A DNA stretch of 33,201 nucleotides from a virus (lineage: Duplodnaviria > Heunggongvirae > Uroviricota > Caudoviricetes). Location of the stretch: IMG/VR virus record IMGVR_UViG_2574180227_000019; one strand, 5' to 3'. The notes below the pieces were generated by a model. The model was given only the letters and a program-made list of their open reading frames with translations. It did not search any database and was not told the origin of the DNA. Both the position numbers and the translations under genes were made by a program. Positions 1 to 9,485 of the stretch are shown in pieces (positions within the stretch are counted from its first letter, which is position 1; each line of letters begins with the position of its first letter).

Positions 1-18
1 AACCTCGGTTTACGGGAA
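1..18. other. Partial gix-like inversion crossover site (18 of about 26 bp; remainder left of the window)
   Basis: aacctcggtttacgggaa is the reverse complement of ttcccgtaaaccgaggtt, the first 18 bp of the complete site at 1418..1443; the two copies are in inverted orientation. Confidence 0.55.
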
Positions 19-387
19 ACGGTAAACAGGGCGGCGAATGCCCTGCCATCGAACGGAACGGCCGTTGCCGCGAACAGGCTGGCAAATGCCCACACAATTA
101 ATGGTGTTCCCTTTGACGGAACGCAGGATATCAACATTACCTCCGGTATGACCGAAGCTGCTGCTGATAACAAATACGTTCGCAACGTTCAGCTTGGTGC
201 CCAGAGTTACCATTCACCCGGAGGTAATGAAATGTCCTGGAGTTATGGCGCGCCTTCCGGTTGTATGCTTTCAGGTATTAACGTGCAGGAGACCGGGAGA
301 AATTCAGCCGATAATATCGGAGGCGTTTATTACCGTCCGGTGCAGATATATATCGGTAATGCCTGGCGCACAGTTTCATCCGTCTGA
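1..387 (+). CDS. Alternative tail-fibre C-terminal cassette (S'v-like), promoterless and without its own start; would be fused to the constant fibre N-terminus after inversion
   Basis: Frame 1 from position 1 reads NLGLRETVNRAANALPSNGTAVAANRLANAHTINGVPFDGTQDINITSGM..., homologous to residues from about 195 of the minus-strand tail fibre (NLGLRETVNKAADALPSGGTAVAANRLATPRNINGVPFDGTRDINITSGM...), then diverges. Stop at 385-387. In frame across the gix-like site. Confidence 0.6.
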   Translation, partial: NLGLRETVNRAANALPSNGTAVAANRLANAHTINGVPFDGTQDINITSGMTEAAADNKYVRNVQLGAQSYHSPGGNEMSWSYGAPSGCMLSGINVQETGRNSADNIGGVYYRPVQIYIGNAWRTVSSV

Positions 388-395
388 TTAAAGGA

Positions 396-418
396 AAAGG
401 GTGCGATAAGCACCCTTT
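396..418. terminator. Bidirectional hairpin between convergent fibre cassette and tail-fibre assembly gene
   Basis: Perfect 9 bp stem aaagggtgc / gcacccttt (396-404 / 410-418) with 5 nt loop gataa, lying between the stop at 387 (plus) and the stop at 422 (minus); T/A-rich flanks. Confidence 0.45.
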
Positions 419-421
419 ACG

Positions 422-964
422 TTATTCAGGCTTCTCCGGCCATTTAATGTCGTCAAATTCAGCTTTGTTTTTAATCGCTGGTAGTTCCATTTTTTTCACC
501 TGACTGATGTATGCCATCCATCGGGTAAGTGCGGCTCTGTCTTCATCACTGATGGTGCCCAGCTGTAATTCTGTTCTCCAGTCATTAATTTTTTCATATG
601 CCTGATTAAGATATGACTGGCGCATTGCTTCCAGTTTTCTTGCGTAGTTAACCGGAATACGGGAGATCACGCCATTATCAAACTTCCAGTTACCCGAAAT
701 ATCAGCACCTTCAGGGAGTTCGTCGACTTCAACCACAGAGAACCCCGCAGGATACAGCGCCGAAGCGTCCTGTGATATTGAGCAGATAATGCCGCTGTCA
801 GGTGTTATACAAAGTTTATATTTTTTTGTGAATAATGGCAGGGACTCGTAGAAATCCTTACCATCTTCACTCTGAAAATACTGTACATCATTACCATAGA
901 GGGTATTTTCCGGGTAATATCGTTTAACATTAATCAGTTGCATAAACATCACCATGTGAATCAA
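422..964 (-). CDS. Tail-fibre assembly protein (Tfa / Mu U-like)
   Basis: Translation has ...SEDGKDFYE...DASALYPAGFSVVEVDELPEGADISGNWKFDNGVISRI... and a C-terminal WPEKPE, resembling the Mu U / Tfa family as remembered. The track start is a TTG; a nearby in-frame ATG is equally plausible. Confidence 0.75.
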   Translation of the reverse strand: MIHMVMFMQLINVKRYYPENTLYGNDVQYFQSEDGKDFYESLPLFTKKYKLCITPDSGIICSISQDASALYPAGFSVVEVDELPEGADISGNWKFDNGVISRIPVNYARKLEAMRQSYLNQAYEKINDWRTELQLGTISDEDRAALTRWMAYISQVKKMELPAIKNKAEFDDIKWPEKPE

Positions 965-1063
965 TGATAAAAACAGGAATAATACTATCGCTATATACGG
1001 ACAGGGGTTGTCTGAGATAACGCATATATCAGGCGCTGCCTGCCGTACGCCATGAGCCGTTAA

Positions 1064-2017
1064 TTAAATACTTGCAGCGGATACCCAATTCCCATTAATA
1101 CAATATTGTATCTGTCTGTAATAAACACGGTCATCACCACCACGCATTTCCCAGTCTCCGTCAGTCTTAAAACCGGTAATCACATTTCCTGATGACAGGG
1201 AGTAATTATATTCCAGTACGCCGCTTAATGCCTGCGCTCCCAGTCTTACCCCTGTAACATAACGCTGATTGGCCGTTGATTCCGGCATTCCTGACGTAAT
1301 GTTTATATCCCGCGTCCCGTCGAAAGGAACACCATTAATATTTCTTGGGGTGGCGAGTCTGTTTGCTGCCACGGCGGTTCCCCCCGATGGCAGGGCATCA
1401 GCGGCCTTATTTACCGTTTCCCGTAAACCGAGGTTATCGATAAAGGCACTTCTGTTTGCAATGTCAGAACCATTTGACGCAACCTTAAGATATGACCCAT
1501 CACTTTGTTCGCGACTATATGAACCAATATCTGCGCCGCTTTTCAGATAACGCCGATCACCTTCTTCTTTACTGTAAACCCCAAGGTTGGTACGGGCCGC
1601 AACTTTATCGGGTACGTCAGACAAATTTTTGCTTTTTTCAAGCGCACCAACATCTGTTGGTGAAAGCTTATCTTTTGTCGCCAGAGTCCCCAGCCCAAGA
1701 GCTTTTCTGGCATTCGCCTGAGCACCAGCTCCCGCATCCTCGATTTCTTTCAGGTTGTTTTTACGTAAAAAAGCATTGGCCGTAATAATGGCCTTGATTG
1801 CCAGTGTAAGCTGATTCAGCTTCATTTTATCTGGTTGAATTTTTCCTTCAGTCAAAATCGCAAGCAATTCTGCCTGAATGATATTAAGCCAGTCCTGCCC
1901 GATATGGCTGATACCTTTATTACCGTCGCCTTCCGTAAACCACTTAACTTCAGTACCCTGCGATGGAGCCAGCGCTGGCATCTCTGTCGTACCGGTATTG
2001 TTATCCACGAAATACAT
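1064..2017 (-). CDS. Tail-fibre protein (constant N-terminal part about 194 aa plus variable C-terminal part Sv)
   Basis: 317 aa ORF, ATG at 2015-2017 overlapping the upstream stop (TAATG). A gix-like site sits inside the gene at the constant/variable junction; the C-terminal part is homologous to the plus-strand cassette at 1..387. Confidence 0.8.
   Translation of the reverse strand: MYFVDNNTGTTEMPALAPSQGTEVKWFTEGDGNKGISHIGQDWLNIIQAELLAILTEGKIQPDKMKLNQLTLAIKAIITANAFLRKNNLKEIEDAGAGAQANARKALGLGTLATKDKLSPTDVGALEKSKNLSDVPDKVAARTNLGVYSKEEGDRRYLKSGADIGSYSREQSDGSYLKVASNGSDIANRSAFIDNLGLRETVNKAADALPSGGTAVAANRLATPRNINGVPFDGTRDINITSGMPESTANQRYVTGVRLGAQALSGVLEYNYSLSSGNVITGFKTDGDWEMRGGDDRVYYRQIQYCINGNWVSAASI
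1418..1443. other. gix-like crossover site for a Gin/Hin/Cin-family serine invertase
   Basis: ttcccgtaaacc-ga-ggttatcgataa: 26 bp, two 12 bp imperfect inverted half-sites around a central GA. Closely resembles the gix site as I recall it (TTCCTGTAAACCGAGGTTTTGGATAA). Inverted partner at 1..18. Confidence 0.6.
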
Positions 2018-2574
2018 TATTCCGTCTCCTCATGCGACTTTTCGTAAATGTATAAAAACGTCTGCCAGGCCGGTTTATACCGGTTTAAAATGCATTCCAG
2101 CGCACCACCTTCATATATCCGCAGAGGCGTCAGAATGTGATCGAGCACATGCATGTGACGATACCCAACCTCGCTTTTTACGGTCACAATACTGATCCAC
2201 TGCGATTCCGGTGATGGCTGAATATCAATCACATAGCCAAATTCAGCCGCAAACCGGATATAAAACTCGCGGTTCAGTGACGGCTTCATACGGTATTTAT
2301 TCGCCGCGTATCGCTGGCGCTCCTGCAACGTTGCTCCTGCCATATCACATTCAGGCAACCCCAGATAACGCTCCCAGTCCTCCAGTAACATCCGGGATGT
2401 TTCCGGAAAGCGCTCCGAAAGTAACTGATTAGCCGTCCAGGATACACGCTCGGTGGCGTGACTTAGCCCAAGACATAAGGCTGACAACACGGATTCAGGA
2501 CGTTTATCCCATGCCAGGCCATCGGGTAGGAGCTGCAACAATGCGCGCTGATGAGCTGCAAGCGTCAGAGCCAT
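2017..2574 (-). CDS. Tail/baseplate protein (Mu gp48-like)
   Basis: 185 aa ORF immediately upstream of the tail fibre, ATG at 2572-2574, overlaps its neighbours; position matches Mu gp48. Call is by synteny. Confidence 0.55.
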   Translation of the reverse strand: MALTLAAHQRALLQLLPDGLAWDKRPESVLSALCLGLSHATERVSWTANQLLSERFPETSRMLLEDWERYLGLPECDMAGATLQERQRYAANKYRMKPSLNREFYIRFAAEFGYVIDIQPSPESQWISIVTVKSEVGYRHMHVLDHILTPLRIYEGGALECILNRYKPAWQTFLYIYEKSHEETE

Positions 2575-3650
2575 GTAATTTCTCCCACCGTCAGCAATTC
2601 AGCATCACCAGCCATAACCGATTTGAGGGGGCTGCGGACTTCAAAATCCTCAAGATTTTTCACACCTGCCACGGTTCGCCAGAATGAAGACGGAAGAACC
2701 AGGGCCCCCGGGCTTGATTCGTTATACAACAGGTCTGTCAGCGCCTGCTTTACAGCAGCCTGGTTCTCCGGCGTTTTCGGGACTATGCGGATTTCAAAAT
2801 CCACGGGCTTATTCGTTAACTTAAAGACCTTTACCGTTGGTCCCAGTGGCTGTCCGACGGGTTGCCCCGTTGCTGGATCATCATGGCTACGGATATATTC
2901 CGCCACGCGCTGTACGTCACCTTCGCCGGGGAAAATATCAGGGTTGTTATCCTGAACAAAGGTCACTCCAACGCTGCCAGCCTGAGGCCATTCCGGTTTA
3001 CACCATGCACGGGTTACCCCCGGAACTTCACGCGCCCAGCGCTCAAAATCATACTGCGTACCACCGGATGGTGGATTCTGTACACGAAACACCAGGCGGG
3101 ACAGCAATTCCGGGACTGACTCAACATCCGCACCTCCGGTGATCCCCGTACCGGTAATGGTGGCTGTCTGATTTATACCCGCCTGCGGGGTGACGAACGT
3201 CAGGGGGGTACCTGCTGGGGCATTACCGGAACGACCTGCATTTTCCGCTTCAACCTGCACGGTCAGGGTTCCGGCCTTTCCGGTAACAGACCCGGTGATG
3301 CGGTACACCTCACCATCACTGCGCTGAAGTTGTACCCCTTCGGTCACCCCGGCATCTGTCGTCAGCATCAACTGGACGGGACCATCGCCACGTGATGCCG
3401 GTTTACGGATCACACCCCAGAAGGAACAGTGTTTCAGCAGTTCAGCCTCGTCTGCTTCTGTCGGAATAATCTGCCTGGCAATCCAGGCAAGGTGCTCATG
3501 CTCCTGCGCAGACAACCCGGCCTGAGCATATGCAATGGCATTTAATGTTGTTTCACTCACACCCGGCTGGGAACCGGGAAGACGCTGGCTGATATCCTGC
3601 TGTGTCTGGGTGATCAGTTGCGCCAGTGGCAAGGGCTGATAAGGCATCAT
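2565..3650 (-). CDS. Baseplate J-like protein (Mu gp47-like)
   Basis: 361 aa ORF, ATGA overlap with the upstream gene; size and position match the baseplate J family in Mu-like tails. Confidence 0.7.
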   Translation of the reverse strand: MMPYQPLPLAQLITQTQQDISQRLPGSQPGVSETTLNAIAYAQAGLSAQEHEHLAWIARQIIPTEADEAELLKHCSFWGVIRKPASRGDGPVQLMLTTDAGVTEGVQLQRSDGEVYRITGSVTGKAGTLTVQVEAENAGRSGNAPAGTPLTFVTPQAGINQTATITGTGITGGADVESVPELLSRLVFRVQNPPSGGTQYDFERWAREVPGVTRAWCKPEWPQAGSVGVTFVQDNNPDIFPGEGDVQRVAEYIRSHDDPATGQPVGQPLGPTVKVFKLTNKPVDFEIRIVPKTPENQAAVKQALTDLLYNESSPGALVLPSSFWRTVAGVKNLEDFEVRSPLKSVMAGDAELLTVGEITWL

Positions 3651-4084
3651 TCCCCCTTAATATCAGCATAAAAAATCATGGGTTCCCGACTGCCGTCCGG
3701 CAGCGTGATTTCAACAAATAATGAAAGTTGCTCGTGCGCCGTTCGTTCAGCACGACACACAACATCCGATGCAACGCCGCTCTGACGAAGCCATGCCAGC
3801 GCCTCATCCGCATACGCCTGTGCACGACTTACCACCGAAGTAAGCGTTTTTTCCCGGCTCAGCAACCACAGACGGGAGCCTATGGGGTATTCCCGGAAGC
3901 TGTCACCCCACCATCCACGGCGATCGCGGGTACCATCTGGTATGACATCTGATGCCAGGGCTCGACGATCAGTAAACAGTGAGATAATCACTGCCGTCTG
4001 CAATGTATTGTCTGTCAGAAGATCTGCGCCATTCAGTTGCAGTGCACCATGCCCCTGTTTCCATATCACGGCAATATCAGCCAT
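3647..4084 (-). CDS. Baseplate protein (Mu gp46-like)
   Basis: Start re-chosen at the ATG at 4082-4084 (MADIAVIWKQ...), preceded by GGAGGA; the longer track ORF (to 4213) would overlap the upstream gene by about 135 nt. Confidence 0.6.
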   Translation of the reverse strand: MADIAVIWKQGHGALQLNGADLLTDNTLQTAVIISLFTDRRALASDVIPDGTRDRRGWWGDSFREYPIGSRLWLLSREKTLTSVVSRAQAYADEALAWLRQSGVASDVVCRAERTAHEQLSLFVEITLPDGSREPMIFYADIKGE

Positions 4085-4691
4085 TTTCCGGTCCTCCTGT
4101 TTTACTTCCTTTGCCGTTGTCATGGTGCACATGTCCGGAATAGGTGATCCCCGCAATCTTGGCTTCAGACATAGTAAATGTGCCTTTTGACATACCGGTT
4201 CCATCGATCGCAAGATTGCCTTTCACATGCAGATTTTTTTCCACGATGACATCGCCGGTGAAGACCGTTTCAGGGGTATCAACGCTCACGCGCTCATCAG
4301 CAAAAATCTCAAGCGTCCGGCAGGTGATGATGATGCGTCCGTCTTTTGTCAGGCGAATGCGGTGCCCTTCGTAGTGATAAAGCCCACTGTCGCCGGAAGT
4401 CAGCCCGGATGGGCGGTAACGCCGGTCATCAACCACCAGAACAACGGCCTGATCACGCTGACCACCAGGACAGGCGAAGAATAGCTCCGCCCCCGGTAAG
4501 GGTACGCTGATTTGTCCGTACTGCTGTGGCCGTTCAACATCATCAAACGTTTCCCCCTCCATTCCGGTAAGCTGTACATTCTGCATTTTCAGCTCATCAC
4601 GGATACCGGTAAGAACCCCCCGTCCAATCAGAAGACGCACCCCACGCATAACGGGGGCTATAAGGCGGCTGAAAACCTCTTCATTTATCAT
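4077..4691 (-). CDS. Baseplate assembly / spike protein (gpV-like, Mu gp45-like)
   Basis: 204 aa ORF, ATG at 4689-4691; position between the gpD/P-like gene and gp46-like gene. Confidence 0.6.
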   Translation of the reverse strand: MINEEVFSRLIAPVMRGVRLLIGRGVLTGIRDELKMQNVQLTGMEGETFDDVERPQQYGQISVPLPGAELFFACPGGQRDQAVVLVVDDRRYRPSGLTSGDSGLYHYEGHRIRLTKDGRIIITCRTLEIFADERVSVDTPETVFTGDVIVEKNLHVKGNLAIDGTGMSKGTFTMSEAKIAGITYSGHVHHDNGKGSKTGGPENG

Positions 4692-5811
4692 TAAAGGTGA
4701 TCCCCTGTTTTTTCATCTGCTGATGGATAAAGGCATCCACGCCACCGGCATCATTTCCGCCCCGACCTTTACTGTCAGGCTCCGCAGGAACAATAAAACC
4801 ATCACGGGGGGCAAGAATCAGCCGCGTGGTTTCGCCTTTTTGTGCGTCCAGGGAGAATTCAACCTGGCAAATCAGCAGATCACGCTGGTCAATACCAAAC
4901 CGTGAAGCGGTAACGCGCGTCAGCAGATTAAGATCCCACAACGTGCCGTCTGAGCGGAACCAGGTACGCACCACGGCGGTAAAGCGGGAGGAACGGGCCA
5001 CTGCCCGGCGCATTTCCCGTAATCCCCGCTGTGTGGCTCCGCTGGTATCAATGTGATGATCGGCGAGAACAATTTTCGGACGGTAACGGGTAACACCTTC
5101 GTCATTCACCACCCCGACCGGTGCAGACAGGCTGGCTGGTTTTGCGCTGTCACCGGATTTGCCGCCTCCGCGCCCGTGTCCTCTGATTCGGTATTCGCTG
5201 TAGCGCATACGGTGGTCATCGTTATAAATGGCCTCAAGCAAATTCTCACCCAGTACAAGCGTATCGGTCTGCTTGCTTCCAGCCTGAGTAAAAACCAGTT
5301 CACCCACAGCGTTACTGGTTACCAGAACCCCACGATGCCGTGCGGCTCGTGTGAGTGCATCCGCCACTGTTTCTGAGTTCTCAAGCGTGAAAGATGCGAA
5401 CGGTTTCTCTGCCGTGACATCATTAACCTGCCAGCGAACGCTGATACCAAACGGCGCACACAAATCAGCGGCTATCTGGGCCAGCGTCCGGTTCCGCCAC
5501 TGACTTCCCTGGTGAACAGCAGAGCAGTCAACCAGATCACCTGTTTTATCGCGGCCACTGATAGTAATTTGATAACGCGTGGCGCTGATACTCTGATTCA
5601 CCTGATCCAGCCAGCCGCTGATGACTGTCTGACCGTTAATTTTCAGTGTCACTGACTGACCGGGCGAGATGATCGCCGGAACCGGTTCACCGGGGAGCAT
5701 AAGGCCCAGCTCGAATGATCCCGCAAGATGTTCAAGAGAACGTCGTACACTGACCGTCACCCAGCCGGTAAAAATCTGGCTGCCAAGATACAGCTCCACT
5801 TTACTGTTCAC
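4681..5811 (-). CDS. Tail protein P (late control gene D / gpD family, baseplate hub)
   Basis: 376 aa ORF, GTG start at 5809-5811 with GGAGG six nt upstream; N-terminus MNSKVELYLGSQIFTGW... is typical of the gpD/Mu P family as remembered. Confidence 0.65.
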   Translation of the reverse strand: MNSKVELYLGSQIFTGWVTVSVRRSLEHLAGSFELGLMLPGEPVPAIISPGQSVTLKINGQTVISGWLDQVNQSISATRYQITISGRDKTGDLVDCSAVHQGSQWRNRTLAQIAADLCAPFGISVRWQVNDVTAEKPFASFTLENSETVADALTRAARHRGVLVTSNAVGELVFTQAGSKQTDTLVLGENLLEAIYNDDHRMRYSEYRIRGHGRGGGKSGDSAKPASLSAPVGVVNDEGVTRYRPKIVLADHHIDTSGATQRGLREMRRAVARSSRFTAVVRTWFRSDGTLWDLNLLTRVTASRFGIDQRDLLICQVEFSLDAQKGETTRLILAPRDGFIVPAEPDSKGRGGNDAGGVDAFIHQQMKKQGITFNDK

Positions 5812-7216
5812 TGATCACCTCCACAGTACTTCCCCCCGGCACAAAAAGCGGGTCTGAAATGTTGTTACGACGCACAAAATGTTGCCAGCGGGTGCTGTTT
5901 CCTGTTTCACGGTACAGGGTTACCAGTGCAGGTTCTGTCGCCCGGACGGATACCTGTACAGCCCCCGGCAGGGAGACCGCCCTGACCGTAAGATCTTCTG
6001 TCAACGCCAGGCGGGCATCCCTGAGAGTCAGGGCTGTGGAGGTATACCCCAGCGCAGACAAATCCATGACCTGTAATTCAAGCGCATCACTCAAATCACG
6101 GTTGATACGCTCAACATCTGCGGCACTTTCCAGCCAGACAAGACCGGCTGACTTCGTGTTATTACTTGTCCGGGCTGTTTCAAGACTGATTACCTGATCC
6201 AGCAATTTTCCCACTGTCTGAGCCTGAGACACCACGGCTGCACTCTGCATCACTGCCCTGAGAAGCCGGATATTTTGTTGAGCTGGCGGGGTAAGCCCAA
6301 TCAGACGCTGTGGATCATCCTGTTCTGTCAGCGCATAACGCAGGGAGGATAAGGTTCTGTAGAGCTGAGGAAGTCCCTGTTCAAGGGTGCTCTGCATCAC
6401 CACATCCAGACTCCCTGCGGGCAATTCGCCTCCACTGCCTCTGGTGTAAACCGTACCGCCATTCCCCCCGGAAGCACCGGTTACGGTACTGCCGGTATTC
6501 TTCCGGGTAAGGGAGAGCGCAGGGATCGTGGGTAATGCCGTCAGGGTGACAAACATACCCGCCAGTGATTCCGCCATTCGCTGCGGACTTGTGAGCAATG
6601 CGGTAACGTTACCTTTAAGCGCCGTAAACGTGGCCGTAAAGGCACTGATATCCTGCACAATCCCCATCCCGGAAACGGAATTTTCCAGCGCCTCAATTTT
6701 GTCACTGATGGTTTCAGCCATTGCCTGCACATCATGCATACCATCGGAAATGACGGTCCAGCCACTTGCCAGCGTACCAAACATGCTGTTCAGGGCTGCA
6801 CCACTTCTGGCCTCCAGAAGTGCAGCCGTATCCTGGCTGGCCGTTGGCGCTGTTTCATCACTGACCGGAGACACATTAATTGTGAATTCAACAATGCGCT
6901 GTTCATCGGCGCTGTAACGGCTTTCAAAGCTGTTTATCATCACGTTTAAAGTGCCATATTCCGGGTGCATAAGTTCACCCGGCCCGGGGGCGCGAAGGGC
7001 ATCCCGAAGACGGCTTCGTTGCGTGTGAACATCCTCTCCCATCACCAGTACGGTGAAGGTGTATTCCGGCAGTTTTGGCCCCAGATCATCTGCACCGCCC
7101 CGTTCCTGTAACGGATATTCCCGGCGAACGATATTACGCCCACCGCGTTCACGCTGTTCGCGAAATACCAGGAATGGCACACCGCGAAACGACCCCTTGC
7201 CGTCACCAGTGGACAT
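5801..7216 (-). CDS. DNA circularisation protein N-like (Mu gp43-like)
   Basis: Start re-chosen at the ATG at 7214-7216 (MSTGDGKGSFRGVPFLVF...) with GGAGGT upstream, overlapping the tape-measure stop (ATGTCCACTGGTGA); the track's N-terminal extension is rejected. Confidence 0.6.
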   Translation of the reverse strand: MSTGDGKGSFRGVPFLVFREQRERGGRNIVRREYPLQERGGADDLGPKLPEYTFTVLVMGEDVHTQRSRLRDALRAPGPGELMHPEYGTLNVMINSFESRYSADEQRIVEFTINVSPVSDETAPTASQDTAALLEARSGAALNSMFGTLASGWTVISDGMHDVQAMAETISDKIEALENSVSGMGIVQDISAFTATFTALKGNVTALLTSPQRMAESLAGMFVTLTALPTIPALSLTRKNTGSTVTGASGGNGGTVYTRGSGGELPAGSLDVVMQSTLEQGLPQLYRTLSSLRYALTEQDDPQRLIGLTPPAQQNIRLLRAVMQSAAVVSQAQTVGKLLDQVISLETARTSNNTKSAGLVWLESAADVERINRDLSDALELQVMDLSALGYTSTALTLRDARLALTEDLTVRAVSLPGAVQVSVRATEPALVTLYRETGNSTRWQHFVRRNNISDPLFVPGGSTVEVISEQ

Positions 7217-9269
7217 AGTTACCTCCGTTCCAGACATCCACATCCAGCGAACTGCCGGAGGTTTCATTGATATCAATACTTCTTGCGCTCCAGCCATCCG
7301 GGGCAACCAGCTCCACACGGGCAGAAGCCTGTTCAGCGGCTTTTCCTCCGCTGTTATCGGTATCCCCCCGTAGTTTTTGCCAGGCTTCTGTCAGCCAGCC
7401 GCCGAGATAATTACCGAGATAACTTCCCACCGTTGAACCGATAGCCACGCCGACAGGTCCTGCCGCAGCTCCCAGCGCTCCACCGGCAATGCTGCCAGCA
7501 AGAGAGCCGACAGCCTCCCCCTTGTTGGTAGCACTGGCACTATCGTCCAGCAGGACAGGGGCGGCCATCGCCCCGGCCCAAAGGGCTCCACCGCCCAAAC
7601 GACCGGCAACCCCACCGGCACGGCGGAAAAGGCCGGAGAAACGCCCCATACCCAGCCGGTTACCGGCGGATGAAAGCAAGCCACCGGCACGGCTCATCAT
7701 GCGCCCGAAGAAGCCCTGAGGGGGTGAGGCTGGCGGCGTTGCCGGTACAGTAACAACCGACGTCACCGGGCGTCCGCGCCCCGGCCCGCGTCTGGTGCGT
7801 CCACGCTGACGTTTTCCTTCACCTCCGCTGATCACATCAGAAACGCCCCCCGCCATGGCACCGGCTGGCCAGTTCATGACATTTACGGGCTGAATGGCTG
7901 CGGGGTTAACCCCCGTCAGAAAATTCAGGAACCGACCGCCACGCCCCGGTATGGTTTCGGGAACGGTGGTCTGTGGTTTGCGGAAGGGGGAGGTCAGAAC
8001 AGAAGCGGTGGACATGCCCCAGCGAAGCGGTGTTGCACCAAGACGCAGCGCACTTCCACCAACAGCCCTGACCAGTTTCAGTGCCCGGGTGGCCAGATAC
8101 ATATACAGCAGATATTTCGCAGCTGTCTGTGCACCACGAGCGATACCGTCCAGCGTATCGCCATACCCTGCATCACGCAGCGCCTGAAGCGTTTCCCGTA
8201 CCTTCTGAATAGCCCGGTAAAAACCAGTTGCCGCATCACGGGCATACTCAAAGCCCTGATTCAGGGCACCCGCTGTCTGTGCCGCCAGTTTTTCCTGAAG
8301 ACCGCTGGACTTTGCCTCATCAGCATAATCCAGAAAGCCTTTAAGGCTGTTTTTAAGGCTGTCAAAAGGTCCTTTGGCCATGACGTCACGGGCAAAGTCA
8401 TCCCATACATCCCCCATCATGGCAGTCATGCCCGTCCAGGAGTTCATGGCATTTTTCTGTGCACCTTTTGCCTGTTCTGCCATGACCTGGAACAGGAGAC
8501 GAATGCTGTCCGGTCCCAGCTTACCTTTGCTACCCAGATCACGAAGTACTTTCTGATCAACTTTCAGTTTTTCAGCCAGCAACTGATAAACGTTGATACC
8601 GTAGCCCGTCAGAATACTGGCATCAGCCGCCTGAATTGCACCACGGGAATACATCTGTTTGAGCTGAAGGGATGCGCCCTGCGCGTCAGCAAGGGACCAG
8701 CCGTGATAGCCCCCCTGATCCTGAAGCATGGTGATAAAGTTACGTGCTTCCTTATCACTCATACCAAAACCACGGCTGGAAGCGTATTCCTGCATAACGC
8801 CAGCCAGCCCCCACGTGGTTTCTTTTGCATTCTGGACAGCCCACTTACGGACGTCTTCTGTTCTGGATGTATCACCATGATTGATGGCATTGAGACGAAG
8901 AATGTAATTCTCCATCTCTGATGCGGGACGAAGAAAAGCCTTGTTAAATCCGTACGCAGCCGCACCACCGGCCAGCATCCCGTAAAGGTTGCTGATACGT
9001 CCCAGCGTACCGGTAATACTTCCCTGAAGCCGGTCAAAATCAGAGGTGACTGAACGGATACTGCCACGGACTCCGGCAAGCATACGTTGCATACGGGTGC
9101 CAACAAGATCAGTTTCCTGACCGGCACGACGGGCTGCATTACCCAGACCACCCAGCCCCGACTGTCCGGAACGGGAAAATGCCCCCAGCTCCTGCGACCA
9201 CTGGCGAGATTTAGCGGAAATATTGCCGAGCAGATCGACTATCAGGGAGGCTTTCAGATTTTTTGCCAT
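7203..9269 (-). CDS. Tail tape measure protein
   Basis: 688 aa ORF downstream of tube and chaperone; Gly/Ala-rich C-terminal region; correct position in a contractile-tail module. Confidence 0.8.
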   Translation of the reverse strand: MAKNLKASLIVDLLGNISAKSRQWSQELGAFSRSGQSGLGGLGNAARRAGQETDLVGTRMQRMLAGVRGSIRSVTSDFDRLQGSITGTLGRISNLYGMLAGGAAAYGFNKAFLRPASEMENYILRLNAINHGDTSRTEDVRKWAVQNAKETTWGLAGVMQEYASSRGFGMSDKEARNFITMLQDQGGYHGWSLADAQGASLQLKQMYSRGAIQAADASILTGYGINVYQLLAEKLKVDQKVLRDLGSKGKLGPDSIRLLFQVMAEQAKGAQKNAMNSWTGMTAMMGDVWDDFARDVMAKGPFDSLKNSLKGFLDYADEAKSSGLQEKLAAQTAGALNQGFEYARDAATGFYRAIQKVRETLQALRDAGYGDTLDGIARGAQTAAKYLLYMYLATRALKLVRAVGGSALRLGATPLRWGMSTASVLTSPFRKPQTTVPETIPGRGGRFLNFLTGVNPAAIQPVNVMNWPAGAMAGGVSDVISGGEGKRQRGRTRRGPGRGRPVTSVVTVPATPPASPPQGFFGRMMSRAGGLLSSAGNRLGMGRFSGLFRRAGGVAGRLGGGALWAGAMAAPVLLDDSASATNKGEAVGSLAGSIAGGALGAAAGPVGVAIGSTVGSYLGNYLGGWLTEAWQKLRGDTDNSGGKAAEQASARVELVAPDGWSARSIDINETSGSSLDVDVWNGGNYVHW

Positions 9270-9275
9270 CGTTTA

Positions 9276-9485
9276 CTGCTTCGCTTTAAGGATTTTTTCC
9301 GTTTGTTGGCAGTGCCGGTAAAGTTGCGATAAGGGGAGGTTCAGCGCCCATTCCGGGCCGCTTTTCGTCACCATCCCCAGTACTATCGCCGCTTCTTCAA
9401 TCTGCGCCCGACACTGCGCCTGCTCGCCCCCGGTCAGCCGCCAGCTTTCCGGCCATGGCTGTATCCAGAATGCCGACCGCCGCCA
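9276..9485 (-). CDS. Candidate frameshift extension of the tail assembly chaperone (+1 frame relative to 9397..9873)
   Basis: Manual translation: the frame shared with the tape measure is open for 70 codons between stops at 9486-9488 and 9273-9275, overlapping the last 28 or so codons of the chaperone and ending 3 nt before the tape-measure ATG. The -1 frame is closed (stops at 9434-9436 and 9383-9385). Confidence 0.3.

Noticed and set aside
1-1443. Diversity-generating retroelement as the source of the two related fibre C-termini
   Set aside because: No reverse transcriptase is present in the window, and the two copies are in inverted orientation flanked by gix-like sites, which fits invertase-mediated switching.
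9276-9396. In-frame stop-codon readthrough of the chaperone TGA as an alternative to frameshifting
   Set aside because: The zero frame is open for about 36 codons after the TGA but ends well short of the tape measure and has no supporting context; noted only as a less likely alternative.
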